From positions 1,696,001 through 1,760,000 of the forward strand of contig CAXXJV010000001.1 in the NCBI GenBank assembly GCA_963663475.2: 64,000 nucleotides of DNA, read 5' to 3'. The first letter of the stretch is position 1; each line of letters starts with the position of its first letter. This document shows positions 1 through 8,583 of this stretch, piece by piece. The notes below the pieces were generated by a model. That model saw nothing but the letters and a program-made list of their open reading frames with translations. It did no database searches and was not told the DNA's origin. Position numbers and translations under genes: made by a program. Origin of the DNA: Candidatus Cloacimonadales bacterium. GTDB taxonomy: Bacteria; Cloacimonadota; Cloacimonadia; Cloacimonadales; JAFGVF01.

Positions 1-2160
1 TCCATTAGTTTGGATAAGAGCATCTTTAACAGTATCTTTGATAACTTGATCTAGGTTAAGAGTATCTTTTTGATATTGCTTGCAATTATTTTGCAGATTC
101 AAATAATTATCTAAGACAAGTTGCAAATCTTCATTATTAGCTAGGGAAATTGCTATTCTTTGAGTTATATTTTTTAACTCGCGAATATTGCCTGGGAAAG
201 AATAAGTCATTAAAATCTCTAAGTGCTTAGGAGTAAGAGTCTGAACTGGTATATTAAGCTTCTGACAATAATCAGCTAAGAAATAATTTGCTAAATCTTT
301 AATATCGCTTTTCCTATCTCTTAGGGCAGGGAGTTTTATTTCATAGTTACATAACCTGTAAAACAAATCAATCCGAAACTTATTCTCCTTGGTAAGTTGC
401 AAGAGATCTTTATTAGTTGCAGAGATTATTCTAAAGTCTGATTTGACAGCTTGAGTAGATCCCAAAGGGTAAAATTCTTTATCTTCTAGAACTTTTAAAA
501 GTTTTGTTTGTATATCTAAAGAAATCTCAGATATTTCATCTAAGAAAAGGCTACCTTTATCGACAATGTTGAGAATACCCAGTTTGTCTTTATCAGCCCC
601 TGTAAAAGCTCCTTTCTTATAACCAAAAAGCTCACTCTCAATAAGTGTAGGACTAATAGCTGACAGATTGAACTCACAGAAATTTTGCTTACTTCTATTA
701 CTCTTATAGTGAATATATTTAGCAAGTAATTCTTTTCCTGTTCCTGTTTCACCTGTAATTAATACATTACTAAAAGTAGCATTAGCTACATTTTGTGACT
801 CTTTCTTTATTCTCTTAATCTCTGTCGATCTACCAATTATTGATTTCTCAATTTTTTCTGAAATTGCTTCGGATGATAAGACTTTTTTTATTGCCTCTTC
901 TTGATTAATTTCTTCATAAGAATGGAGTAAATTGTGATAATAATCCATTTCTAAGATGTTTTTATGAAGCTCTAGCTCTTTAGCTACCTTACGATACTTA
1001 CTTAAGTAAGCTAGAATTTTTTCTCCCTCATTAAGTTTAGAATAGTATTCTATCATGAAGAAGAGGTATTCTTTGTAAAAGTCTCTTTTCTCAGAAATTA
1101 CCTCTTGCATTAAATCTTCAATCTTCTTAATATCGATTTTTTCTACTTGATTAGATGATAGATAATAAGAGTAGAGGAAAAGAAGTGGTATTCTCGCTCG
1201 TGAATCTGCTTTGAGCTGGGTGAAATAAGCTTGGGCATAATCAGTTTTTTCATTCATTACTGCTATTAAAAAGCTTTCAGAAATAATCCGCTCAAGTACC
1301 TTCTCATCCTGACTGATAGATTTAATTTCATCTAAAATTGCTATAGCTTGTGTAAAGAGTTTTGATTGACTTAGCATTCTAGCTTTCATGAATTTAAGGT
1401 GAGTTTTATCAAGAGGAGAGTCTGCACATAAAGCTATTTCCAAATGCTTAAGGGCTAAATCCATCATAGATTTTGAAGCATATGCAATACTTAGAGTGTG
1501 ATTAGCTCGGTAGTAGAGTACTTTTTCTTTGCGAATATGTTCATCACTTATAATCTTTTTAAAATAATAAATTGCCTCATAGAAATTACCTGTTCTAAAC
1601 TTATAATGTCCTAAGGCTAAAAAATAATATGCTTTTGCATATTCTGAATTATCTATTGCTATATAATCAGTAAAACGTTTATAGATTTGTTCTGCTTTAT
1701 CCAGTTTGTTATTGCTAGAATAATGAATTAATAACTGACTATAGGCTGATGCTGTGATTTTAATCGGCATATAGGTATCAATTAAAGACAAAATTCTTTC
1801 AATTAAGGAGTCGGTTTGCTCACTAAAATAATAAACTGATTGTACCATATAAGCTAGAGTAATTTCCACAATCTTACCACTTTTGGTAAGAGCTATACCT
1901 ACATTAACAATTGTATCTAAAAGCCTGTCTGAAGGGGGAATTGTAGTAATTAAAGCTTCTGTCAAACATGCTTCCATGAAGTAGTACTGAGAGTCTTTGT
2001 TTGGCTGATAATTATGCTCTAATATAGTAAAGAAACTATCATATATTTGATAGCAAATCTCAACAATTTTTTCTCGAGATTGTCCATTCTTGCTAGCAAT
2101 TAATAAATTCTCATATAACTTATACAACTTATAACTTAACTCAGTTTTTCTAATTTTCAT
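1..2160 (-). CDS. Sigma-54-dependent transcriptional activator (N-terminal TPR-like helical region + AAA+ domain); 3' end runs off the window
   Basis: Not in the ORF track because it has no stop in the window. Manual minus-strand translation from ATG 2160 (RBS GGGAG) gives in-frame ITGETGTGKE (Walker A), ESELFGYKKGAFTGA and YSFPGNIRELKN. Confidence 0.9.
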   Translation of the reverse strand, partial: MKIRKTELSYKLYKLYENLLIASKNGQSREKIVEICYQIYDSFFTILEHNYQPNKDSQYYFMEACLTEALITTIPPSDRLLDTIVNVGIALTKSGKIVEITLAYMVQSVYYFSEQTDSLIERILSLIDTYMPIKITASAYSQLLIHYSSNNKLDKAEQIYKRFTDYIAIDNSEYAKAYYFLALGHYKFRTGNFYEAIYYFKKIISDEHIRKEKVLYYRANHTLSIAYASKSMMDLALKHLEIALCADSPLDKTHLKFMKARMLSQSKLFTQAIAILDEIKSISQDEKVLERIISESFLIAVMNEKTDYAQAYFTQLKADSRARIPLLFLYSYYLSSNQVEKIDIKKIEDLMQEVISEKRDFYKEYLFFMIEYYSKLNEGEKILAYLSKYRKVAKELELHKNILEMDYYHNLLHSYEEINQEEAIKKVLSSEAISEKIEKSIIGRSTEIKRIKKESQNVANATFSNVLITGETGTGKELLAKYIHYKSNRSKQNFCEFNLSAISPTLIESELFGYKKGAFTGADKDKLGILNIVDKGSLFLDEISEISLDIQTKLLKVLEDKEFYPLGSTQAVKSDFRIISATNKDLLQLTKENKFRIDLFYRLCNYEIKLPALRDRKSDIKDLANYFLADYCQKLNIPVQTLTPKHLEILMTYSFPGNIRELKNITQRIAISLANNEDLQLVLDNYLNLQNNCKQYQKDTLNLDQVIKDTVKDALIQTNG

Positions 2161-2240
2161 GTAAACTCCCCAAAGAATTATATAGCAAAAATAGATTTAC
2201 TTATTGGAGATAATAAGTCAAGCTATTTATTTTTTTCTTT

Positions 2241-2280
2241 TTACCGAAAACGGGAAATAGCCTATGGCGATTTCGGGATA
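2241..2280 (+). promoter_or_regulatory. Putative tandem upstream activator sites for the divergent sigma-54 activator
   Basis: CG-N4-CGGGA occurs twice, 23 bp apart (2245-2255, 2268-2278); the first is an imperfect palindrome TTACCGAAAACGGGAA. Confidence 0.45.
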
Positions 2281-2363
2281 TAGGTATGCTAGCTTAATAT
2301 GATTATTCCAATTATAATAAATTAAACTACTGTAAAATAGTTACTTATATCATTAGCTTATTT

Positions 2364-2380
2364 TGGGAATATTATCTGCT
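2364..2380 (+). promoter_or_regulatory. Putative sigma-54 (-24/-12) promoter
   Basis: GG(2366-67)-N10-GC(2378-79) in TGGGAATATTATCTGCT; divergent from a sigma-54 activator gene. Confidence 0.5.
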
Positions 2381-2392
2381 TATTAAATATTT

Positions 2393-2596
2393 ATGAAAAA
2401 GAATAAAAATAATTTGCTACTTATTAAAGAGAGTTTGCTACAAGCTCAAAAAGTTGGGAATCCAACCTTCAATGGAAAGAAATGGGCTATAACTATTCTT
2501 AACATCAAGGGTGAGATTAATAACTTTACTTTTAACCAAGATGACTATTGGCAAGTCAAGCAACTTATTCAAAATTATAATAAACAAAGGAGATAG
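2393..2596 (+). CDS. Small hypothetical protein (67 aa), possibly leaderless
   Basis: ORF track; its stop abuts the RBS/ATG of the next gene; no recognisable motif. Confidence 0.4.
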   Translation: MKKNKNNLLLIKESLLQAQKVGNPTFNGKKWAITILNIKGEINNFTFNQDDYWQVKQLIQNYNKQRR

Positions 2597-2597
2597 T

Positions 2598-5069
2598 ATG
2601 TTTAAAAAGAGTCTTTTAATTTTTTGCTTATTAACAAGTATAAGCTTTCTAATCGCAAGCACATATTACGTGTCAAAAACTGGTGATAATAGCAATGGCT
2701 TAACTTGGTCAACAGCTTATAATGAGGTGCAAACAGCCATAAATTCTGCTTCTAGCGGTGACCAAGTCTGGGTAGCAAAAGGAAAATATTTTCCTACAGA
2801 CTACAATCCAAAGGGTGTTGGCACAGCTGTTTTGAACAGAACCAAGACCTTTGTGATTAAGAATGGTATTGATGTTTATGGAGGCTTTGCTGGCAATGAA
2901 ACACAAATTGATCAAAGAGTCAACTACTGGATTGGACAGGCTAATGAGACTATTCTTTCAGGAGATTTAAATAATGATGATGATTATTCTCAATGGGAAA
3001 GCTATAATCAAAACCTAATTAAGAATACTGAAAACTCCTATAATGTGATTTATTATTATAATGTATATACCCAGACTATTGTAGATGGTTTCACTATTTC
3101 TGGAGGTAATGCTGATACGAAAGTTTCTGGTAAACCTTATCATGATGGAGGTGGAGCACATTTAACTTCTTCCCAAGCTTATTTGAAAAACTGCAGAATT
3201 ATCTATAATCAAGCAGTCAATGCTGCAGGTGCAATTACTTTTTCTGGTGGAGAGCTCTGGGATTGTGTAATCTCACGTAATAGAACTGTAGCCCAAAATA
3301 CTGATGCTGGAGATGCTGGAGGTGTTAAGTTACATAATGGTGGTAAATTAATAAATTCAATAATAACTGATAATTATTCAGTTGAAAGCTCTGCTAGAGG
3401 TGGTGGTGTATGTTGTTCTTGGAGATCTCCAGGTCATGCAATAATCAACTGTGTTATCGCAAATAATAAAACAGCTGGAACTGGTGGTGGAATTGGTAAC
3501 TATGGAACTTATTCCTCTTATACAAAAGCTTATAATACAATCATCTGGGGCAATACAAGGAACGGCATTTCTAGTCAAATTGGTGGCACAGGAACTTCTT
3601 TATATTATTGTGGTGTCCAAGGTGGTTATTCTGGAACAGGAAACTATAATTTAAGTTCTGATAATGATGCTGTAACTGGTCCAAATTTTTATAACTCAGA
3701 TGCTGGTGATTGGCGTTTAAGAATTACTTCACCCTTACTTAATATTGGCTCAAATGCTTATACAAGTAGTCCAGTAAGCATATCAACTGATATTCTCGGA
3801 AATCCTCGTATAATTGAATCAATTGTAGATATGGGGCCATATGAGCATTTTTATCAAGTAGCTCTTCAACCTGATGCAAATGGTATCATATATGTAAAGA
3901 GCTCGGCTGCAGGTTCTGCTGATGGATCTTCTTGGGAGAATGCTACATCTTCACTACAAGGAGCTTTGGATTCTGATGCTGAACAAGTTTGGATTTCAGA
4001 AGGGACTTATTATCCTACGCAAAATATCCCTGGTATGGAATCTGATCTACGAGCTCAAGCTTTTATACTTGAGTCTGATAAACAGATATATGGAGGTTTT
4101 CCTGCTGAAGCTAATTCAATAGATAATTCTACCTTAGATTCACGTAATAGTGATGAATATCTAGTCTATTTAACAGGAGACATAGGACAACCTGGTATCA
4201 ATGATGATAATTCTTATCATGTGCTGTACTCGCAAAATATATCATCATTTACTATCTTAGATGGATTTTTCATTAGTGGAGGAAACGCAGATGGTCTTAG
4301 TCCTCATGATCAAGGTGGAGCAATTTATTTAGTAGATTCTTCTCCAACAATAAATGATGTTAATTTAGAAAACAATCAATCAGAATCTGCTAGTGAACCT
4401 ATATTATTAGAAGGTGCTTCTAATCCAATAGTTACTGATAGTCCAGGTATGGATGATACTTTGCCTGTAGAACTAACTTCTTTCACTGCAGTACTTACCA
4501 ATGCAAATCACTCTAAAATAATGTGGCATACAGCTTCAGAATCTAATTTAATTGGTTATAATATATACAGAAGTGAGCTAGATAATATTAGTACAGCAAT
4601 TAGAATTAATCCTCAATATATAGAGGCTAATAATAGTCCAACCGGATCTGAATATTCTTATACAGATCAGGAAATTGAAATGAATATAAGTTATTATTAT
4701 TGGTTAGAATCTACAGAAGTTAGCGGTTATATCGAATACTTCGGGCCAATATCTCTTAAGATAGGGGAGGGAGAAGATATTATTGATCCTGTAATTACTC
4801 TTACAAATCTTAAAGAAAACTATCCTAACCCATTCAATCCTCAAACTAAATTTGAATTTTATGTTAAAGAAGGTGAAAGTGCTAGCTTTAAAATATTCAA
4901 TCTAAAGGGACAAGTAATCCAGTCGCTTGATAATATCACAAGTGGTAAGGGTGAATATACTTGGGATGGTAGAGATAAATCTGGAAAGCATGTTGCATCT
5001 GGAATTTATTTCTATAGCTTGAAAAGTCAGTCATATAGCTCTGTTAAGAAAATGGTTTTAAGCAAATAG
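2598..5069 (+). CDS. Secreted beta-helix (pectin-lyase-like / choice-of-anchor Q) protein with C-terminal FlgD-Ig/T9SS-like sorting domain
   Basis: Start reassigned to ATG 2598 (RBS AGGAG). Signal peptide MFKKSLLIF...LIA; duplicated YV..G..W..A / YGGF / DGF.ISGGNAD module; VDMGPYE; LPVELTSF; YPNPFNP...IFNLKGQ...SGIYFY. Confidence 0.85.
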   Translation: MFKKSLLIFCLLTSISFLIASTYYVSKTGDNSNGLTWSTAYNEVQTAINSASSGDQVWVAKGKYFPTDYNPKGVGTAVLNRTKTFVIKNGIDVYGGFAGNETQIDQRVNYWIGQANETILSGDLNNDDDYSQWESYNQNLIKNTENSYNVIYYYNVYTQTIVDGFTISGGNADTKVSGKPYHDGGGAHLTSSQAYLKNCRIIYNQAVNAAGAITFSGGELWDCVISRNRTVAQNTDAGDAGGVKLHNGGKLINSIITDNYSVESSARGGGVCCSWRSPGHAIINCVIANNKTAGTGGGIGNYGTYSSYTKAYNTIIWGNTRNGISSQIGGTGTSLYYCGVQGGYSGTGNYNLSSDNDAVTGPNFYNSDAGDWRLRITSPLLNIGSNAYTSSPVSISTDILGNPRIIESIVDMGPYEHFYQVALQPDANGIIYVKSSAAGSADGSSWENATSSLQGALDSDAEQVWISEGTYYPTQNIPGMESDLRAQAFILESDKQIYGGFPAEANSIDNSTLDSRNSDEYLVYLTGDIGQPGINDDNSYHVLYSQNISSFTILDGFFISGGNADGLSPHDQGGAIYLVDSSPTINDVNLENNQSESASEPILLEGASNPIVTDSPGMDDTLPVELTSFTAVLTNANHSKIMWHTASESNLIGYNIYRSELDNISTAIRINPQYIEANNSPTGSEYSYTDQEIEMNISYYYWLESTEVSGYIEYFGPISLKIGEGEDIIDPVITLTNLKENYPNPFNPQTKFEFYVKEGESASFKIFNLKGQVIQSLDNITSGKGEYTWDGRDKSGKHVASGIYFYSLKSQSYSSVKKMVLSK

Positions 5070-5165
5070 TATGGCTCTTGTTCAAGTCTGCTGGTAAATG
5101 AGAGACTTTCATTATAGCATATTGCTTAAATAATAGAAAGTTACAAGTAAGATTATATGAAGAGT

Positions 5166-5247
5166 GACGGGAGTTGCTCATGGAGTAGCGACTTCCGACT
5201 CTCTTCACCCGAAGTCCCTTGCCTAGGGCTGAGGAACTCTGGTCTCC
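5166..5247 (-). repeat. REP/REPIN-like repeat, family B (other copies 25776-25936; fragment 6766-6784)
   Basis: Reverse complement matches 25853-25936 (GTTCCTCAGCCCTAGGC..GGGACTTCGG..AGTCGGAAGTCGCTAC..AGCAA.TCCCGTC). Confidence 0.75.
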
Positions 5248-5282
5248 AACAAAAAGCAGGCTCAAGTTCAAGTTTGGTGAAC

Positions 5283-6059
5283 ATTCCCCTTTCAGCTCGT
5301 CAGAGCGGTATGAGAGGGGTGCCATAAGGTGGGGAGAGTAACATTCCCCTGTCGATTCTTTACACGAATTAACGCGAATTAGAACGAATTTCACGAATAA
5401 GAAAAGCTCTTTAACACAGAGTTCATAGAGGTAAAGAGGAGTTTTACAGAGTTTTAATAAGGAAGAATAAGCCACCTAAAACACCGATAATAATAAGTGA
5501 TTTACCACAAAGGCACGAAGACACAAAAGGAAAAGAAGATTCTAACTGGGAATGCGGTACTAACTGGGAATGCGGGCATCCCTGCCCGCGGTTATGCAGA
5601 TTACAAGTGGTTACGGGAATGGGTCGCGGGATTGTCTCTTAATTCCCCTTTCAGCTCGTAAGAGCGGTATGAGAGGGGTGCCGTAAGGCGGGGAGAGTAA
5701 ACATTCCCCTGTCGATTCTTTACACGAATTAACGCGAATTAGAACGAATTTCACGAATAAGAAAAGCTCTTTAACACAGAGTTCATAGAGGTAAAGAGGA
5801 GTTTCACAGAGTTTTAATAAGGAAGAATAAGCCACCGAAAACACCGATAATAATAAGTGATTTACCACAAAGGCACGAAGACACAAAAAGGAAAAGAAGA
5901 TTCTAACTGGGAATGCGGTACTAACTGGGAATGCGGGCATCCCTGCCCGCGGTTATGCAGATTACAAGTGGTTACGGGAATGGGTCGCGGGATTGTCTCT
6001 TAATTCCCCTTTCAGCTCGTAAGAGCGGTATGAGAGGGGTGCCGTAAGGCGGGGAGAGT
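5283..6059 (+). repeat. Tandem ~360-bp duplication built from several short repeat motifs, bounded by three family-A REP units
   Basis: 5283-5641 is nearly identical to 5642-6002; a third REP-A unit lies at 6003-6059; a few SNPs/indels separate the copies. Confidence 0.95.
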
Positions 6060-6060
6060 C

Positions 6061-6385
6061 TTAAATTGGCCTCTTGTCATTGCATTCAGGACTTCCCATT
6101 AAAAAACCTTCAATGTATTCAATACAACCATCCAATTGTTTATAAATTTGATAATATGAAAATCTAATAATTTTCATTCCTAAACTTTCTAAATATCTTT
6201 CTCGTTTTTCATCATATTCTTCTTTATAATCATGGTCTCTACCATCTATTTCAACTATTAATTTAAATTTAGCACAGTAAAAATCGACAATGTAATTTCC
6301 TATTGGTTTTTGCCGATGGAAGTGTGAGATTTTTCTTTAAATCTTTTGCATATTTTGTTAGTTTTTTGCTGTATTTTATTGTCAT
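6061..6385 (-). pseudogene. DUF559 / Vsr-like endonuclease pseudogene (internal deletion and frameshift)
   Basis: One frame gives MTIKYSKKLTKYAKDLKKNLTLP; another gives FHRQKPIGNYIVDFYCAKFKLIVEIDGRDHDYKEEYDEKRERYLESLGMKIIRF...*. The junction is ACTTCCA (6317-6323); 325 nt is not a multiple of 3. Confidence 0.85.
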
Positions 6386-6391
6386 GTTGTT

Positions 6392-6480
6392 ACTCTCCCC
6401 GCCTTACGGCACCCCTCTCACACCGCTCTTACGAGCTGAAAGGGGAATATTACTCTCCCCGCCTAACGGCACCCCTCTCA
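6392..6480 (-). repeat. Family-A REP units in inverted orientation (one full, one partial)
   Basis: 6392-6448 is the reverse complement of 6003-6059 with 1 mismatch; partial copy at 6452-6480. Confidence 0.95.
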
Positions 6481-6501
6481 TTATTTGGGATTATAATAAG
6501 T

Positions 6502-6648
6502 CTATGGTATATATGATGTTATTTAACCCTTTCAGGGTTAGGCTTTGTTTTTCATCACCAGTACCCAGGGTTGCATTCCCTTCAGGAATTTACCCTGGGC
6601 TAAACTATTTATCCCCTTTTGGGGATTCAAGACTTATCCCCTCAGGAT
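6502..6648 (+). repeat. REP-like multi-hairpin repeat, family D (AACCCTTTCAGGGTT / CCCAGGG...CCCTGGGCT / ATCCCCTTT.GGGGAT)
   Basis: Near-identical to 57843-57988; diverged relatives at ~43190-43305 and (reverse) ~58187-58290. Confidence 0.85.
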
Positions 6649-6877
6649 ACATAAAAAAGGTGTCCACTATATTGGTACTTGACAAAAAATACTCAAGTAA
6701 ATCAGAATGTTTCATTGAAATTGTGGTTTAACCTCAATAATGCATTATTTGGATTAAAATGTACTACTGAGGAAGTCTAGTCTACTTTGGAGAGAACCGA
6801 TTTTTCTGGTGAATCTCTATTATTTCCAAAAGTTCAATTACATAAATCGGGGTTATAGAAACATGCATTTAACTTAT

Positions 6878-6962
6878 ATTCATCCTTGTAGCTTCCTTTA
6901 CACTCTTTCGATGAAAAGCGGACTTTCATCGAAAGAGTGTAAAGGAAGCTACAAGGATGAAT
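6878..6962. repeat. Perfect 39-bp inverted repeat (family E hairpin) at the 3' end of pyk
   Basis: Arms 6878-6916 and 6924-6962, loop AGCGGAC; related hairpins at 25963-26021 and 61751-61807. Confidence 0.95.
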
Positions 6963-7957
6963 CAGTCCAATTTATTAGCATCAATAATTTTTTTCATCCA
7001 TTGAATAGCTTGAATAGGGTATTTACCAATAGCAGTTTCGTCTGAAAGGGTAACTCCAGAGGCACCATCAAAAATTGCATTAGCAACATCAGAAATTTCT
7101 GCTCTAGTTGGATATGGTTTAGTTACCATGGACTCCATCATTTGAGTAGCAACAAAGAAAGGCTTGTTCAAATCTCGGCATTTTCTGCTTATCTGTTTTT
7201 GGAGAGTGGGTAAAAGGGGAATAGAGACTTCTATTCCTAGGTCGCCTCGGGCAATATAGAGGTAGTCAGAACAATTGATAATACTTTCCATATTGGCTAG
7301 TGATTTAGCAGTTTCAAACTTAGATAAAATAAGGGCCTTATGTTCTATTTGCAAAGACTCATAGTAGTTTGAAAATTCGTAAATATCTTGAGCTGATCCA
7401 ACAAAGGAGAGGGCAAAGAAGTCTGGTTTTTCTTGGCCTGTTTCTTTAATAATTTCTTTGTCTTGCTCTGATAAAAATTCATAATGGAGTGATTTACCTG
7501 GAATAGAGAAATGGCAGTTTGGTCTTAGGATATTGCTATTATCTACAGTAATAGTAATATAGTCGTTTGTAACATCAGAAACTAAACCAGTAAAATCACC
7601 ATCTTGAAGGTAAAATCTATCACCTTTTGCGATAAGTTTATGGTTAATTTTGCTAGAAAAGAAGTAATCTTCCTTTTGCGGTGTAAAGAAAATATTAGTT
7701 GATTCATTTGCTGATAGGTTATGAAATCTTCTAAGATTGGCTATTCTCACTTCAGGACCAGGTATATCAATCATTATTTTAACTTCTTTAGCTAGCTCTT
7801 TGGCTATTCTTCTGATAGTTCTAGAACATTTAATAGCATTACTTATTCTTGTGTGAGACATATTAATACGAAAAATACTTGAACCACTTTCTAGCATATC
7901 TTTAATTAAGGAATTATTAATACTTGTAGAGTTAATTGTTGTAATAATATCTATCAT
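6962..7957 (-). CDS. pyk: Pyruvate kinase, short form lacking the C-terminal regulatory domain
   Basis: RINMSH, GPEVR, IARGDLGIE, ATQMMESM, PTRAEISDVANAIFDG, LSDETAIGKYP. Confidence 0.9.
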   Translation of the reverse strand: MIDIITTINSTSINNSLIKDMLESGSSIFRINMSHTRISNAIKCSRTIRRIAKELAKEVKIMIDIPGPEVRIANLRRFHNLSANESTNIFFTPQKEDYFFSSKINHKLIAKGDRFYLQDGDFTGLVSDVTNDYITITVDNSNILRPNCHFSIPGKSLHYEFLSEQDKEIIKETGQEKPDFFALSFVGSAQDIYEFSNYYESLQIEHKALILSKFETAKSLANMESIINCSDYLYIARGDLGIEVSIPLLPTLQKQISRKCRDLNKPFFVATQMMESMVTKPYPTRAEISDVANAIFDGASGVTLSDETAIGKYPIQAIQWMKKIIDANKLD

Positions 7958-7963
7958 AAATTA

Positions 7964-8581
7964 TTAAAATCTCTTTATATTTTTTTTAGGTTTAAGGGGA
8001 AATTCTTCTAACCATAGCTGAGTTTTTGCTTTTAACAAACTTAACAGGCCATCATTATTAATTACATAGTCAGATTGAGCTTCTTTTTGCTTATTAGGAT
8101 ACTGACTGGAAATTTTCTTAAGGGCTTGGTCTTTACTAATATTATTCCTTTTCATAAGTCTATCTAATTGCATTTCAGGACTAGCTGAAACAGTGACGAT
8201 GTAATCAAAGTAAGCTTCAAGCTTAGCTTCAAAGAGGAGTGGGACTTCAAAGAAGATATACTTCTCTTGGCAGTCTTCAATTCTCTGTTTCATCAGCGAA
8301 AATATTTGAGGATGGCTTACAGAATTCAGATAGGCAAGCTTATCTTTATCTTTAAAAACTAAGCGACTTAGCTTATCTCTATCAATATGACCTCTGTCAT
8401 CTAGGATCTCCGGACCAAATTTATCCCTAAGCTGGGTAATGACTGTCTTTTCCTCTAAAGCTTCATGACCTAGTTTGTCAGTTGAATGAACTTCATAACC
8501 TAGCTCAAGTAAGATTTTTACAAGTTCAGATTTCCCAGATGCTATTGATCCTGTTATTCCAATTATGATAGGTCTCTTCAT
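7964..8581 (-). CDS. coaE: Dephospho-CoA kinase
   Basis: IGITGSIASGKS P-loop; EVPLLFE. Confidence 0.95.
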   Translation of the reverse strand: MKRPIIIGITGSIASGKSELVKILLELGYEVHSTDKLGHEALEEKTVITQLRDKFGPEILDDRGHIDRDKLSRLVFKDKDKLAYLNSVSHPQIFSLMKQRIEDCQEKYIFFEVPLLFEAKLEAYFDYIVTVSASPEMQLDRLMKRNNISKDQALKKISSQYPNKQKEAQSDYVINNDGLLSLLKAKTQLWLEEFPLKPKKNIKRF

Positions 8582-8583
8582 CC

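Noticed and set aside
540-752. 70-aa ORF on the minus strand
   Set aside because: Out-of-frame shadow inside the sigma-54 activator gene (1-2160).
2511-2597. Upstream extension of the 852-aa ORF
   Set aside because: The RBS and signal peptide place the start at ATG 2598.
5283-6059. Possible CRISPR array
   Set aside because: The intervening ~300-bp segments are near-identical rather than unique spacers, and no cas genes are present.
5044-6731. ORF-track entries 5044-5475, 5611-5940 and 6303-6731 (also 57828-58040)
   Set aside because: They are translations of non-coding repeats (shared LLSPPYGTPL, FNPFRVRLCF) or antisense to the DUF559 remnant.
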